From Bdellovibrionia bacterium (GTDB taxonomy: Bacteria; Bdellovibrionota; Bdellovibrionia; Bdellovibrionales; JAGQZY01), in NCBI GenBank assembly GCA_030424665.1, contig JAUHWN010000004.1:679-64678 (forward strand): DNA of 64,000 nucleotides. The letters are read 5' to 3'. Below the pieces are notes generated by a model that searched no databases, was not told the DNA's origin, and saw only the letters and a program-made list of their open reading frames with translations. Of this stretch, positions 1-8,905 are shown in pieces; position 1 is the stretch's first letter, and the number at the start of each line of letters is the position of its first letter. A program made the position numbers and the translations under genes.

Positions 1-279
1 GAAGTTGATCACTTGGGTCTCGATGATATGGATCGGAATATTCTTCGGGTCATTGGAGAGAAGTTCAATGGTGGACCCGTGGGGATTGAAACTTTGTCGG
101 CGGCCTTATCCGAAGATAAAGGGACTCTCGAAGAGGTTTATGAGCCCTTTTTAATTCAAGAGGGATTATTGCAGAAGACTCCTCGCGGACGAGTTTTAAC
201 CGATACGGCCCATAAACACATGGGCATTCCAATAGTCGCTCCGAGTTCGAGTGGGCAAATGGATTTGGGTGGCGCTTAG
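1..279 (+). CDS. ruvB: Holliday junction branch migration helicase RuvB, C-terminal part (5' truncated by window)
   Basis: Frame 1 is open from base 1 ([12 protein letters not shown]...). [25 protein letters not shown] and TPRGR are RuvB C-terminal winged-helix motifs. Confidence 0.95.
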   Translation, partial: EVDHLGLDDMDRNILRVIGEKFNGGPVGIETLSAALSEDKGTLEEVYEPFLIQEGLLQKTPRGRVLTDTAHKHMGIPIVAPSSSGQMDLGGA

Positions 280-305
280 TTTAATGGACTTTGTCGAAGT
301 GGGTA

Positions 306-584
306 TTAAAAGCCAAGTTTAAAACAGTCGTAATCGGCCTTCGTAAAGTGGGCTCTTCGTGAGAGCTCACATTCTTTGTAGAAAAATTGAAAATCTGTCG
401 GTTTCCCCGAACTCCATTTCTTATCAATTTGAAACCCATCAACCGTGTAAGCGGCAGCCCTGGCATTGGAATTTTTTGCTGGAGGGCTCGATCCCACATA
501 GCTGTTAGTACTGGCTGTGGCACAGCCTAAAGTACTGAAAACAGTAGTCAAAATAAGGGGTCTCAAAAAGGTAAAACAATACAT
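306..584 (-). CDS. Small hypothetical lipoprotein
   Basis: 92-aa ORF with a hydrophobic N-terminus and lipobox-like TLGC; occupies the ruvB-lpxC gap; two further Cys near the C-terminus. Confidence 0.55.
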   Translation of the reverse strand: MYCFTFLRPLILTTVFSTLGCATASTNSYVGSSPPAKNSNARAAAYTVDGFQIDKKWSSGKPTDFQFFYKECELSRRAHFTKADYDCFKLGF

Positions 585-831
585 TTCAAGTTTGGATCGG
601 ACTTTCTTGGCAAGACCTCTAGACTAGTTCTGTGTCTCCGAAAAACCATACAGACTGTTGAAAAAAAGTAACAGAATGCGCGAAGCATTAGATTTGCTTG
701 AGGTTTTACTGAACTCAGCTATTAATAGACGGATTCTAGCTTAACAATTTTTAGAGAGTCCTCATTGGTATCTAACTTGCTCTATTAGGCAGTAAAGCTC
801 AAGCGGATGTTAGTACCGAGGAGAGGTTGCT

Positions 832-1752
832 ATGTTTTTACAAAGAACGATTCAAAGGCCAGTCGAAGTCGAAGGCATTGGACTCCATACAGGTAGACCG
901 GCGAAACTCGTATTTCGTCCAGCTCCATCGAATACTGGTATTTTCTTTGTTAGAAACGACCTTCCTGGAAGACCGGCCCTGGCAGCTAGAGCTGACTTTG
1001 TAACAGCGACATCTCTTGCGACAACTCTTGGGGGGCCAGAGTTTGCGGTTTCGACGGTTGAGCATTGTCTTTCTACCATGGCCGCCTTTCGCATTGATAA
1101 TTTGTTCATTGAACTCGATGGCCCTGAGATTCCGATCGGTGATGGGAGTGCTCAAGTATTTATGGAGGCCATTCAAGAAGCTGGCTTTGTTGAGCAAGAT
1201 TGTCCGCGAAAGTACGCCTATATCACTCAGCCGATTTATTTTGGCGACGGAGAAAAACACGCCTATGTCGTTCCTTATAACGGTTTGCGAGTGAGTTGTA
1301 CGATTGAATTTCCCCATCCGAAAATTCAAAAACAACAAATTGATATTGATATTAACGAGTATACATTTTCAAAAGAGCTTTCAAATGCTCGTACGTTTGG
1401 TTTTTTAAAAGATGTTGAGAAAATGCGTGCCCAAGGTTTGGCCCTTGGGGCGAGCTTGGACAATGCCATTGGCCTCGATCAAAAAGAGGTGCTCAATCCC
1501 GAGGGACTTCGCTATGCTGACGAGTTTGTTCGTCACAAGGCTCTTGATGCCCTTGGGGATTTAGTGACTCTGGGAATGCCTTTGATGGGGCACCTGGTGC
1601 TCTATAAGGCAGGTCACGATGTGATGAATCGTTTGGTGAAAACGATTTTGGCTTCTCAAGACCGCTTTCGCCTGATTGAATTGGGCTCGGAGCTCCCTGA
1701 GACTGACGATTTAGACCCGGGTTCAATCTGGGCTCTCAGAGAATTCGCGTAA
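832..1752 (+). CDS. lpxC: UDP-3-O-acyl-N-acetylglucosamine deacetylase LpxC
   Basis: QRTI...GIGLHTG N-terminus, TVEH, HKALDALGD zinc motif and KAGH; RBS GAGGAG upstream. Confidence 0.97.
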   Translation: MFLQRTIQRPVEVEGIGLHTGRPAKLVFRPAPSNTGIFFVRNDLPGRPALAARADFVTATSLATTLGGPEFAVSTVEHCLSTMAAFRIDNLFIELDGPEIPIGDGSAQVFMEAIQEAGFVEQDCPRKYAYITQPIYFGDGEKHAYVVPYNGLRVSCTIEFPHPKIQKQQIDIDINEYTFSKELSNARTFGFLKDVEKMRAQGLALGASLDNAIGLDQKEVLNPEGLRYADEFVRHKALDALGDLVTLGMPLMGHLVLYKAGHDVMNRLVKTILASQDRFRLIELGSELPETDDLDPGSIWALREFA

Positions 1753-1809
1753 AGCTTTCAAAAAATACTTCGTGCGAATGCACAAATTATCATTATTTTT
1801 AGGCCCTTA

Positions 1810-1838
1810 TTGCCCTTCGCCAGGCTTTTCGTTATACA
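1810..1838 (+). promoter_or_regulatory. Putative sigma70 promoter of ald
   Basis: TTGCCC-N17-TATACA, about 40 bp upstream of the ATG at 1876. Confidence 0.5.
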
Positions 1839-1875
1839 CAAGAGTCTTTAAACATTCCTATGTGTGGAGGGTGCC

Positions 1876-2985
1876 ATGATTATTGGTGTGCCAAAAGAAA
1901 TTAAGATTAGTGAAAACCGCGTTGGTTTGACCGAAGCAGGTGTTCGTCAACTCGTGACAGAAGGTCACACTCTTCTCGTCGAAAAAGACGCCGGCCTTGG
2001 TTCAATGATTACCAACGAACAATACGAAAAAGTCGGAGCCAAAATTATCAATACGGCCGATGAGCTTTGGGCCCAAGCCGATATGATCGTTAAGGTGAAA
2101 GAGCCTCTCCCAGATGAGTTTGATCGCATGAAAGAAAATCAAATTCTTTATACCTACCTTCACTTGGCTGCCGAACCAAAGCTTACGAAAGTTCTTTGTG
2201 AGAAAAAGGTAAAAGCCGTTGCCTATGAAACGATCGAAGGTCCCAATAAATCTCTTCCACTTTTGAAGCCAATGAGTGAAGTGGCTGGTCGTATGGCAAC
2301 CCAGGTGGGTGCTTTCTATCTGCAAAAAGATCAGGGTGGAAAAGGTGTACTTCTAGGTGGAGTAACCGGTGTTCGTCGCGGTATCGTCACTATTATTGGC
2401 GGTGGAGTAGTTGGTACTAATGCTTTGACTATGGCAGTAGGCCTTGGCGCTGAAGTTCGCGTGATCGATGTAAACCATGATCGTCTTGAGTATCTCGACA
2501 ATGTTTACGGCAATCAAATTACTACGATTTATTCAAACCAACACAATATTGAGCGCTCAGTTCAAGAGTCTGACCTTGTCATTGGAGCCGTTCTAATTCC
2601 AGGACGTAAAGCTCCACATCTTGTTACAAAAGAAATGATATCGAGCATGGCCCCTGGTTCTGTCGTTGTCGATGTTGCCGTTGATCAAGGTGGATGTATC
2701 GAAACTTGTAAGCCAACGTCTCACGCCCAGCCGACCTATGAAGTAGACGGAGTGGTTCACTACTGTGTACCGAATATGCCAGGTGTTGTTGCTCGTACGA
2801 GTACATACGCTCTTACAAATGCTACTTTCAAGTATGCCTCACTTCTTGCCAAGTTTGGTGTTGAAGAAGCGGCGACGAAAGCTCCTGAGCTTGTAGATGG
2901 TATTAACGTCTATAACGGTAACGTCACTTACGAACCAGTCGCAAACGACCTGGATATGCCTTACGTTCCTTACAAGCCCATGTAA
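1876..2985 (+). CDS. ald: Alanine dehydrogenase
   Basis: [10 protein letters not shown] start (ATG 1876 after GGAGG), YLHLAA, GGGVVG Rossmann motif and HYCVPNMPG. Confidence 0.97.
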   Translation: MIIGVPKEIKISENRVGLTEAGVRQLVTEGHTLLVEKDAGLGSMITNEQYEKVGAKIINTADELWAQADMIVKVKEPLPDEFDRMKENQILYTYLHLAAEPKLTKVLCEKKVKAVAYETIEGPNKSLPLLKPMSEVAGRMATQVGAFYLQKDQGGKGVLLGGVTGVRRGIVTIIGGGVVGTNALTMAVGLGAEVRVIDVNHDRLEYLDNVYGNQITTIYSNQHNIERSVQESDLVIGAVLIPGRKAPHLVTKEMISSMAPGSVVVDVAVDQGGCIETCKPTSHAQPTYEVDGVVHYCVPNMPGVVARTSTYALTNATFKYASLLAKFGVEEAATKAPELVDGINVYNGNVTYEPVANDLDMPYVPYKPM

Positions 2986-3010
2986 TTTCACGTTCCAAAT
3001 GTGAATACCT

Positions 3011-3042
3011 AAAAAAAGAGACCTCACCCGGTCTCTTTTTTT
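3011..3042. terminator. Bidirectional intrinsic terminator downstream of ald
   Basis: AAAAAAAGAGACC-TCACCC-GGTCTCTTTTTTT, a perfect stem with A/T tails. Confidence 0.85.
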
Positions 3043-3049
3043 TACCTCT

Positions 3050-3449
3050 CCTCCATTTCAAAATATTGATTTCTGTTTTTTATTTTCTCTTAGGGCGAGA
3101 CTCTCCCATTTTTTTGAGTTCCGCAGACCGGTTGTCCTTTGGGGGCTCCTTTGGGTAAGATATAGTTGTCTTCCCACTTCGAAACCCTCGGAGACCCAGT
3201 AAATTTACTCAAACAGTCCTCGGCATTTAAATCTCTCCAAACAGAATTGTGGTGCATTCGAGATTCGAGTCAAATCAGGGCCTGCGGAACTCGAAATTCA
3301 CTGGGTCTCCGAGGGTTTCGAAATAGAAAGACAAATACCCAAAGGAGCCCCCAAAGGACAATCGGATGAGGACTGTCTGAAAAAAAATGGGTATAGAGTC
3401 TCGCCCTAAGAGAAAACTATAAAAAATAGAAGGAATTTTGAAATGGAGG
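3050..3449. repeat. Large imperfect inverted repeat (arms about 3050-3206 and 3294-3449) with crossed internal 13-14 bp repeats; possible paired ncRNAs or MITE-like element
   Basis: Exact reverse-complement blocks: CCTCCATTTCAAAAT, TTTTCTCTTAGGGCGAGACTCT, CCCATTTTTTT, TTGTCCTTTGGGGGCTCCTTTGGGTA and TTCGAAACCCTCGGAGACCCAGT. Confidence 0.9.
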
Positions 3450-3462
3450 GGGGCAAAAAAAA

Positions 3463-4152
3463 CTAGTGGGGGAGGGCGATGTGGCCCCAGGTTTCGGTTT
3501 CGATGAGTGGGATTTTTCTTTGTTTGACTCGGTGAAGAACTTGCCAATGGGGATGGCCGTATTTGTTCTTGCGAGCGCTAGAAAATACCATCTTTAAACT
3601 TTTAAAAGTTGAAAAAAGTTTTTCTCCATTGGAGGTATTGCTGCCGTGATGTGCGAGCATTAAGAATTTCACTTTGTTAGATTTCTCCGCCTTGAAAGGC
3701 CAAGTTTCGAACCTTGTATCGGCGTCACCAGGAAAGTAAAATCCCTTGTAAAAGAGAAGAAAACCTGAATTATTTTTTGAAGCTCCTTGGTTTTTAAAAG
3801 ACGAAACCTGTTTAAGAGCTGATTCTTTGCAGAGAGGAATTCCAAGCCTTAAGGTTTTCGGTCGATTATCAAGGGCGAGACAGTGATTGAGTGACTTCAC
3901 TTTATAAAGAAAATTGAAATGATCTCGATCATAGTGGGAAATGTAGGTGACCTGCTTTTTTTTCTGGCAGAGCTTTTGGAAGCCTTCTCTTGGAAACCGC
4001 TCGCCACCAAAGTCAAAGTTAATGCAAGATTTAGGAGTCACAGAGGTCACCATCTGACCTTGTTCAATATTCCAGATAACAAAACCTAAAAAAGGATCGT
4101 GGTCAGAAGGAATGGAACTAAAGATGAGAAAAATAAATATAAGTCGCTTCAA
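3463..4152 (-). CDS. ComEC/Rec2-type metallo-beta-lactamase domain protein (stand-alone C-terminal half of ComEC)
   Basis: SHYDRDH (HxDxDH), FPGDA, AHHGS and NKYGHPH motifs of the ComEC MBL domain; lies directly downstream of the ComEC membrane ORF. Confidence 0.85.
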   Translation of the reverse strand: MKRLIFIFLIFSSIPSDHDPFLGFVIWNIEQGQMVTSVTPKSCINFDFGGERFPREGFQKLCQKKKQVTYISHYDRDHFNFLYKVKSLNHCLALDNRPKTLRLGIPLCKESALKQVSSFKNQGASKNNSGFLLFYKGFYFPGDADTRFETWPFKAEKSNKVKFLMLAHHGSNTSNGEKLFSTFKSLKMVFSSARKNKYGHPHWQVLHRVKQRKIPLIETETWGHIALPH

Positions 4153-4159
4153 ATTAAAC

Positions 4160-5056
4160 CTAACGAAGAAATTTTCTGCAAAAGAAGAATTGCAGAGCGA
4201 AAGAATATAAAAAAACTCCCGGTAAGGGGCTTGAATAAAGTGAATCGGGACTGACTTGGCCCAGCCACAGAAAGAAGAGTTCTAGGTTTCTCCAGATAAA
4301 TTCAACGGAGCTGGGCCAAAGCGGAAAAAGTAAGCAGGCAAATAGGGCTGCGGGTATGAGTAAAAAACCAATTAAGGGGGTGACGAGCAGATTGAGGAAA
4401 ATGCTAAAGGGGTGGGGTGGGCCCAGCGGTATGAGTAAGGGGAGGAGAAGGAAGTAAATTGCAAACTGTTGGAATCTACTTTTTTTCTCGCTACCCAAAA
4501 GAAGTGCGAGTTGGGCCACCCAACTGAGGTGAAAGGAGTAGGACTGACTCCACTGGGGGATAAAGGCGAGAAGGACCAGGCCACTCAATAGTGAACTCAG
4601 AAGGGGTGGGTGATTCAATCCTAAGGACCGACTGAGCTTTCTAAAGAGTCTAAAACAAAGAGCCCTTGCAATTGGTGGCTGAAAGTTTGTGGCGAAACTA
4701 AAGGCGACGAGGAGAGGAAGTCGGAAATATTCTAATAATTTAAGTTTTCTGCAGAGAAAGTTTATATTTTGTTCAATAAAGACCAAATGAGCCCCGGAAA
4801 CGACGATCAGGTGGAGTAATCCTGTGCTTTGTAATGCTGAATAAAGAGGACCTTTTGCTAAACTGCGTCCACATAGGAGTGCCTGAATTAGAGGCTTTTG
4901 GTGGATATCGGGTGCGATGACAAGACACTGTTTATGAAGTGTTAGGATTGCGTTTGCTAAATAACTCAGCAGATCAAAAACATCTGCTAATACTATCGAT
5001 AAGCAAACAGCAATAAACAGGCGCATATTGGCACTTTTTAGCATATATCCTTCCAA
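4160..5056 (-). CDS. comEC: ComEC/Rec2 competence membrane channel domain
   Basis: TGLLHLIVVSGAHL signature, SF.LSW motif and multiple hydrophobic segments. Confidence 0.85.
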   Translation of the reverse strand: MEGYMLKSANMRLFIAVCLSIVLADVFDLLSYLANAILTLHKQCLVIAPDIHQKPLIQALLCGRSLAKGPLYSALQSTGLLHLIVVSGAHLVFIEQNINFLCRKLKLLEYFRLPLLVAFSFATNFQPPIARALCFRLFRKLSRSLGLNHPPLLSSLLSGLVLLAFIPQWSQSYSFHLSWVAQLALLLGSEKKSRFQQFAIYFLLLPLLIPLGPPHPFSIFLNLLVTPLIGFLLIPAALFACLLFPLWPSSVEFIWRNLELFFLWLGQVSPDSLYSSPLPGVFLYSFALQFFFCRKFLR

Positions 5057-5405
5057 CGTCTTGCCGCGAAAAACGTGACAGAAAAGTTTAGAAATTCGAT
5101 TTTCGGATGTAAGTTCTCGTACAGAAAAACCAAAAAAAATTGAAAAAAATTGAAATAGTTCAATAATTACAAGTATTTAAAATGTGCCTTATGATTAAGC
5201 AATTCGCTGAAACCCTTGTGTTACAATGGGTCCAAGGTCTAGAGAGGTGGAAAATTCACAGGAATTGTGGATAAGTTTACGTCAGAAAACTATTAGGATA
5301 TTTACGAACAATTTGGTGCCCAAAAATAAGGATTTTGATTCGATGAATAATCCTTGTTGCAGATCATTAATATCCATCTAAACTAAATATTGGACTTCTT
5401 AAGCA

Positions 5406-6065
5406 ATGGAGTGCTTGAGTATGAAATGGATTTTTCTATTACTATTAATTAGTAGTTTTCTCAGTGCCTGTGTTACGCAGCCACCCAAAGAGAGCCCAAA
5501 GTCTAAGCCCGGAAGGGCATTAGAAAGCCTTCTGTTGATCAAGCAAAAGGAACTCCAGCGTTTAAAAAATGAGAATAGAGTCCTTAAGCAAAGTCTAAGG
5601 GAATTAAAAAGAAGGCCAGCCGCTAGAACGGGATCAGATATTACGAGAACCGTCGTCAAGAACCAGCTTTCTGAAAAGCAACGCTTTGAAGAGTTGAGTT
5701 TAGCTTATGTTCGCAAAGACAAAGCGACAATGATCCGGACCTATCGAGATTTAATGCGAGCTTTTCCGAAGACTATATATAAGGACAAAGCACTCTTCAT
5801 GATGGGTGATATGTCTTTGCAGCTTCGAGAGTTTGCAGAGGCTCTCAAATATTTTAGAACTCTTGAATCTGATTATCCTCAGAGCGGTAAAATTCCATCA
5901 GTGAAGCTGGCAAAGTCCAAAATATATTACCAAATGTCTCTAGCTGAACAGGCGCGGGTCTTACTCACAGAGCTAATTCGTGATTATCCAAAAAGTCCTG
6001 AGGCACAGTCGGCTAAAGCAGAGTTAAAACTTTTAGACCACCTTGGAAATAATCTTCAGAGGTAA
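5406..6065 (+). CDS. TPR lipoprotein with N-terminal coiled coil (CpoB/YbgF-like)
   Basis: Lipobox LSAC, a coiled coil, then TPR repeats containing YP.S/FP.T motifs. Confidence 0.7.
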   Translation: MECLSMKWIFLLLLISSFLSACVTQPPKESPKSKPGRALESLLLIKQKELQRLKNENRVLKQSLRELKRRPAARTGSDITRTVVKNQLSEKQRFEELSLAYVRKDKATMIRTYRDLMRAFPKTIYKDKALFMMGDMSLQLREFAEALKYFRTLESDYPQSGKIPSVKLAKSKIYYQMSLAEQARVLLTELIRDYPKSPEAQSAKAELKLLDHLGNNLQR

Positions 6066-6069
6066 TTAG

Positions 6070-8073
6070 ATGAAACTTCTTTTATTTCTTTTTTTCATAC
6101 TAACTTTATTGTTAGGTGGAGATTTTCTTGGCGAAAGAGCTGTGGCTCAAGTTAAGAATCCCTCTAGTTTTAAGTCTCCCTTCTTAATCGCTCAACTCGA
6201 CGAAGACGATGATAATGATGAAGGTGAAGGTGATGAGGAAGAGGGGGAGGAAGATGAAGATATTGTTGATGGTGATGAAGACGACGATAGCGATGAGGAT
6301 GGAGAGGAAGTCACCGAGGCCGATGGAACTGAAGATGATATTTTCGCCGGTGAAGTTCTGGAGGATGAAGAGATTACCGATGAAGATTTGGAAGAAGATG
6401 GTGAACTCGACGAATTGGCTGACGACATCTTTATTGAAGAGGGTGAAGAAGAAATCTCTCCAAAAGAGAGCGAAATCGAATTGGATCAAGAACTCGTTGA
6501 AGATGCATTTTCAGAACCTCAGTTCGACAACTTTCGCGATGTAGCTCTCGAAGAGAGGCTCCATAAAATTTATCTCAATTACCAAAGTAGTCCAATTACT
6601 GACGAAGAATGGGAAAAAGAGTTCGGATCGTTGGGAGCCAATGATTACGAAGTTCAATCGGGAGATACCCTTTGGGAGATTTCGCAAATCTTTTTTGGTG
6701 ATGGATTTTTCTGGTCGAAGCTTTGGGCTGTCAATGGCCGAATTACAAATCCTCACCTTATCAACAAGGGTGATCGCCTTAACTTTGTCGGCGGAACAAC
6801 TGAGATGGGACCCCAGTTAGAAATCACTCAAGTCGCCGATGGGGCGGACTCGTCTATCTCGATCGATACTGACCAATCTTATGAGGTCGAGCCGGCAGAG
6901 GTCGAAGAAGAAGTTTCGCCAGAGCCAGAAGATTTGGCGGTCGAACTCCCAGAAGAAACACTTGAGCCACCAACTCCAAAGTATGCTGATAATGTTCCAA
7001 ATATTCAGAGGTTCGTAAAAAAGACTCCGACGTTTCTTCTTCCGGGGGCTCCAAAAATTCCTGAACCCATTAAAAAGAAAACAGATGTTCTTAAAAAGTT
7101 TCCACCTTCATTAGTAAAACGAAGCGAATTGGTAAAATCCGAATTTGACGAATTAGGTTTTGCTGTGGGAGATCGCCCAGCGCTTTATAAAGAGCCAGTG
7201 ATTACATTAGCTAACTTCATTACTGATTCGCAGTTGCCCGAAATAGGTCAAGTTGTCGAAAACCAAGCTGCCAATGAAGTTGTTTCAAATTATCAATATA
7301 CTTACATTCGAGTTGATCAACCGGCTCGAATTGGAGAGCGCTTTACAGTCATACAGAAAAAAGAAATTCTCTCGGATGAGACGGGAATTCTTGGTCAAAT
7401 TATTGAGGTGCAAGGGGAAGTTACGATAACAGATGTGATCGATCAGGGGTCTGGATACTATAGAGCTATTGTTACCAATGCGGTCAATCAGGTTTGGGTT
7501 GGATCTAGTCTGATTAATGAAAACCTTCCACGCTTTACCTTTAACGTAGAAGGAACTCCTAAAAATATTGTGGCTTCTATAATCGGTGGTCAGTTTAACA
7601 AAAAGCGTGAGCTCTTCGGAATTGGTGGGATTGTTTATTTAGATCGGGGTGCCGGGCAAGGCCTTCAAGTGGGAGACATTTTAGCGGTTTCTGCGGATCG
7701 AACAAAGAGACTTAAAAATCCAGTGATTCTTCAGGCTCCCGACTACAGTGCATTGTTGAAGATTGTTAAAGTTTACAATGATGTTTCGACGGCCCTGGTC
7801 GTTAAGTCTTTTGACGATATACGCCCTGGCGATCGAACCGGATTAACGGTCCTTAGAAAAGATTTAGACGTTTACGTTCCGGAAGATGATAGCGACAGTT
7901 TTAAAGAGGTGACTCCCGATCAGTTTAGATTGCTTGAGGATCCGGAAGAGCTTGATGACGAAGAAGACCTAGAAAGTGAATCGGCATCAGCAGGATTGAG
8001 TTCGGAATTCTTCACTGATGGAGATGAAGAAGACGAAGATCTCGATGACGAAGACGAAGATGACGACCTATAG
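6070..8073 (+). CDS. tsaP: LysM peptidoglycan-binding protein, TsaP-like (type IV pilus secretin-associated), with long acidic extensions
   Basis: Signal peptide; YEVQSGDTLWEIS...W..N..ITNPHLI LysM variant; C-terminal VYLDRG..QGL.VGD beta domain; located immediately upstream of dprA, the known tsaP synteny. Confidence 0.65.
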   Translation: MKLLLFLFFILTLLLGGDFLGERAVAQVKNPSSFKSPFLIAQLDEDDDNDEGEGDEEEGEEDEDIVDGDEDDDSDEDGEEVTEADGTEDDIFAGEVLEDEEITDEDLEEDGELDELADDIFIEEGEEEISPKESEIELDQELVEDAFSEPQFDNFRDVALEERLHKIYLNYQSSPITDEEWEKEFGSLGANDYEVQSGDTLWEISQIFFGDGFFWSKLWAVNGRITNPHLINKGDRLNFVGGTTEMGPQLEITQVADGADSSISIDTDQSYEVEPAEVEEEVSPEPEDLAVELPEETLEPPTPKYADNVPNIQRFVKKTPTFLLPGAPKIPEPIKKKTDVLKKFPPSLVKRSELVKSEFDELGFAVGDRPALYKEPVITLANFITDSQLPEIGQVVENQAANEVVSNYQYTYIRVDQPARIGERFTVIQKKEILSDETGILGQIIEVQGEVTITDVIDQGSGYYRAIVTNAVNQVWVGSSLINENLPRFTFNVEGTPKNIVASIIGGQFNKKRELFGIGGIVYLDRGAGQGLQVGDILAVSADRTKRLKNPVILQAPDYSALLKIVKVYNDVSTALVVKSFDDIRPGDRTGLTVLRKDLDVYVPEDDSDSFKEVTPDQFRLLEDPEELDDEEDLESESASAGLSSEFFTDGDEEDEDLDDEDEDDDL

Positions 8074-8130
8074 GTTTATAAAAACCACCCCAGATTCGAT
8101 ATTTGGTTTAGGAAACGAACTTAAATGAAT

Positions 8131-8169
8131 AAAACGCCCCTCGATGAGTCTAGACGGGGGGCTTTTTTT
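8131..8169 (+). terminator. Probable intrinsic terminator after the LysM gene
   Basis: GCCCCTCG...CGGGGGGC stem (one G-U pair) followed by T7. Confidence 0.5.
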
Positions 8170-8184
8170 GCAAGGTTCTGAGTC

Positions 8185-8895
8185 ATGGAATACTTGCAGA
8201 GTCTTTACAAAGAAATAAATCGAGTCGACGAAGATGATGAGCGAATGCCCTCAGGGTTCAAGGCTATGGTTTCTCCTCCTAAAGAGCTTTATTTTTTAGG
8301 GGACATCAGTCTTTTAAACAAAAAGCGAATCTCAATTGTAGGTAGTCGTAGTCCGACGCCACAATCCATCCATTGGATGAGAGTTCACCTTACAGAGTTA
8401 TTTATCGAAAAATCTCTTGTAAGTATCAGCGGTGGCGCCCGAGGAGTTGATTCTTATGTTCACCAGTTGTCCATGGATCAGTCGTGTCCGACCGTGGCCT
8501 TTCTACCATCTGGAATTAGGCAGCCTTACCCAAAATCTTCCATAGAAACTTACGAAAGAATTCTCCAACATGGAGGCTGTTTAATTAGTGAATTCGCTCC
8601 AGATGAAGAAATGAAGAAGTATCACTTTTTTATGCGAAATCGATTAATAGCGGCTAGTTCAGAGCTTCTTCTGCTCATTCAAGCCGGACTTCCGAGTGGT
8701 TCCTATATGTCAGCCGGATGGGCAATGAAACATGGAAAAACCATTGCCTGTTTGCCAAGTTTTCCAGATTCTCCGCAATACGCCGGAAATCTAAAACTTC
8801 TTTTTGAAGGAGCACAACTAATAAGGGAGTGTGAGGACCTTCGTCAATTATTAGAAATTTGTGACAAGGCTCCGTCTTCAATGGATAAAAGCTAG
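8185..8895 (+). CDS. dprA: DNA-processing protein DprA (core Rossmann domain only)
   Basis: ISIVGSR, ISGGARGVD, ISEF, RNRLIAA and SGS motifs, ending with GNLKLLFEGA. Confidence 0.9.
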   Translation: MEYLQSLYKEINRVDEDDERMPSGFKAMVSPPKELYFLGDISLLNKKRISIVGSRSPTPQSIHWMRVHLTELFIEKSLVSISGGARGVDSYVHQLSMDQSCPTVAFLPSGIRQPYPKSSIETYERILQHGGCLISEFAPDEEMKKYHFFMRNRLIAASSELLLLIQAGLPSGSYMSAGWAMKHGKTIACLPSFPDSPQYAGNLKLLFEGAQLIRECEDLRQLLEICDKAPSSMDKS

Positions 8896-8905
8896 AGTGG
8901 GCGCG

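Noticed and set aside
3050-3449. Identification of the palindrome as 6S RNA, tmRNA, RNase P RNA, SRP RNA or a retron
   Set aside because: None of the hallmark motifs were seen (tRNA-like ends, GAGGAAAGTCC, SRP GGAA loop) and there is no reverse transcriptase nearby.
3166-3547. Short ORFs 3166-3369 (+) and 3275-3547 (-) sharing FETLGDPVN
   Set aside because: The shared peptide is an automatic result of the inverted repeat; neither has an RBS or recognisable protein features.
5246-5274. Perfect DnaA box (TGTGGATAA, 5266-5274) with two weak neighbours in the comEC divergent region
   Set aside because: One perfect 9-mer in 64 kb is compatible with chance; there is no dnaA/gidA context or box array, so it is not called an origin or a regulatory site.
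6184-6544. Poly-Ser, hydrophobic and Met/Lys-rich ORFs overlapping the LysM gene
   Set aside because: Shadow frames of the GAN-rich acidic coding sequence.
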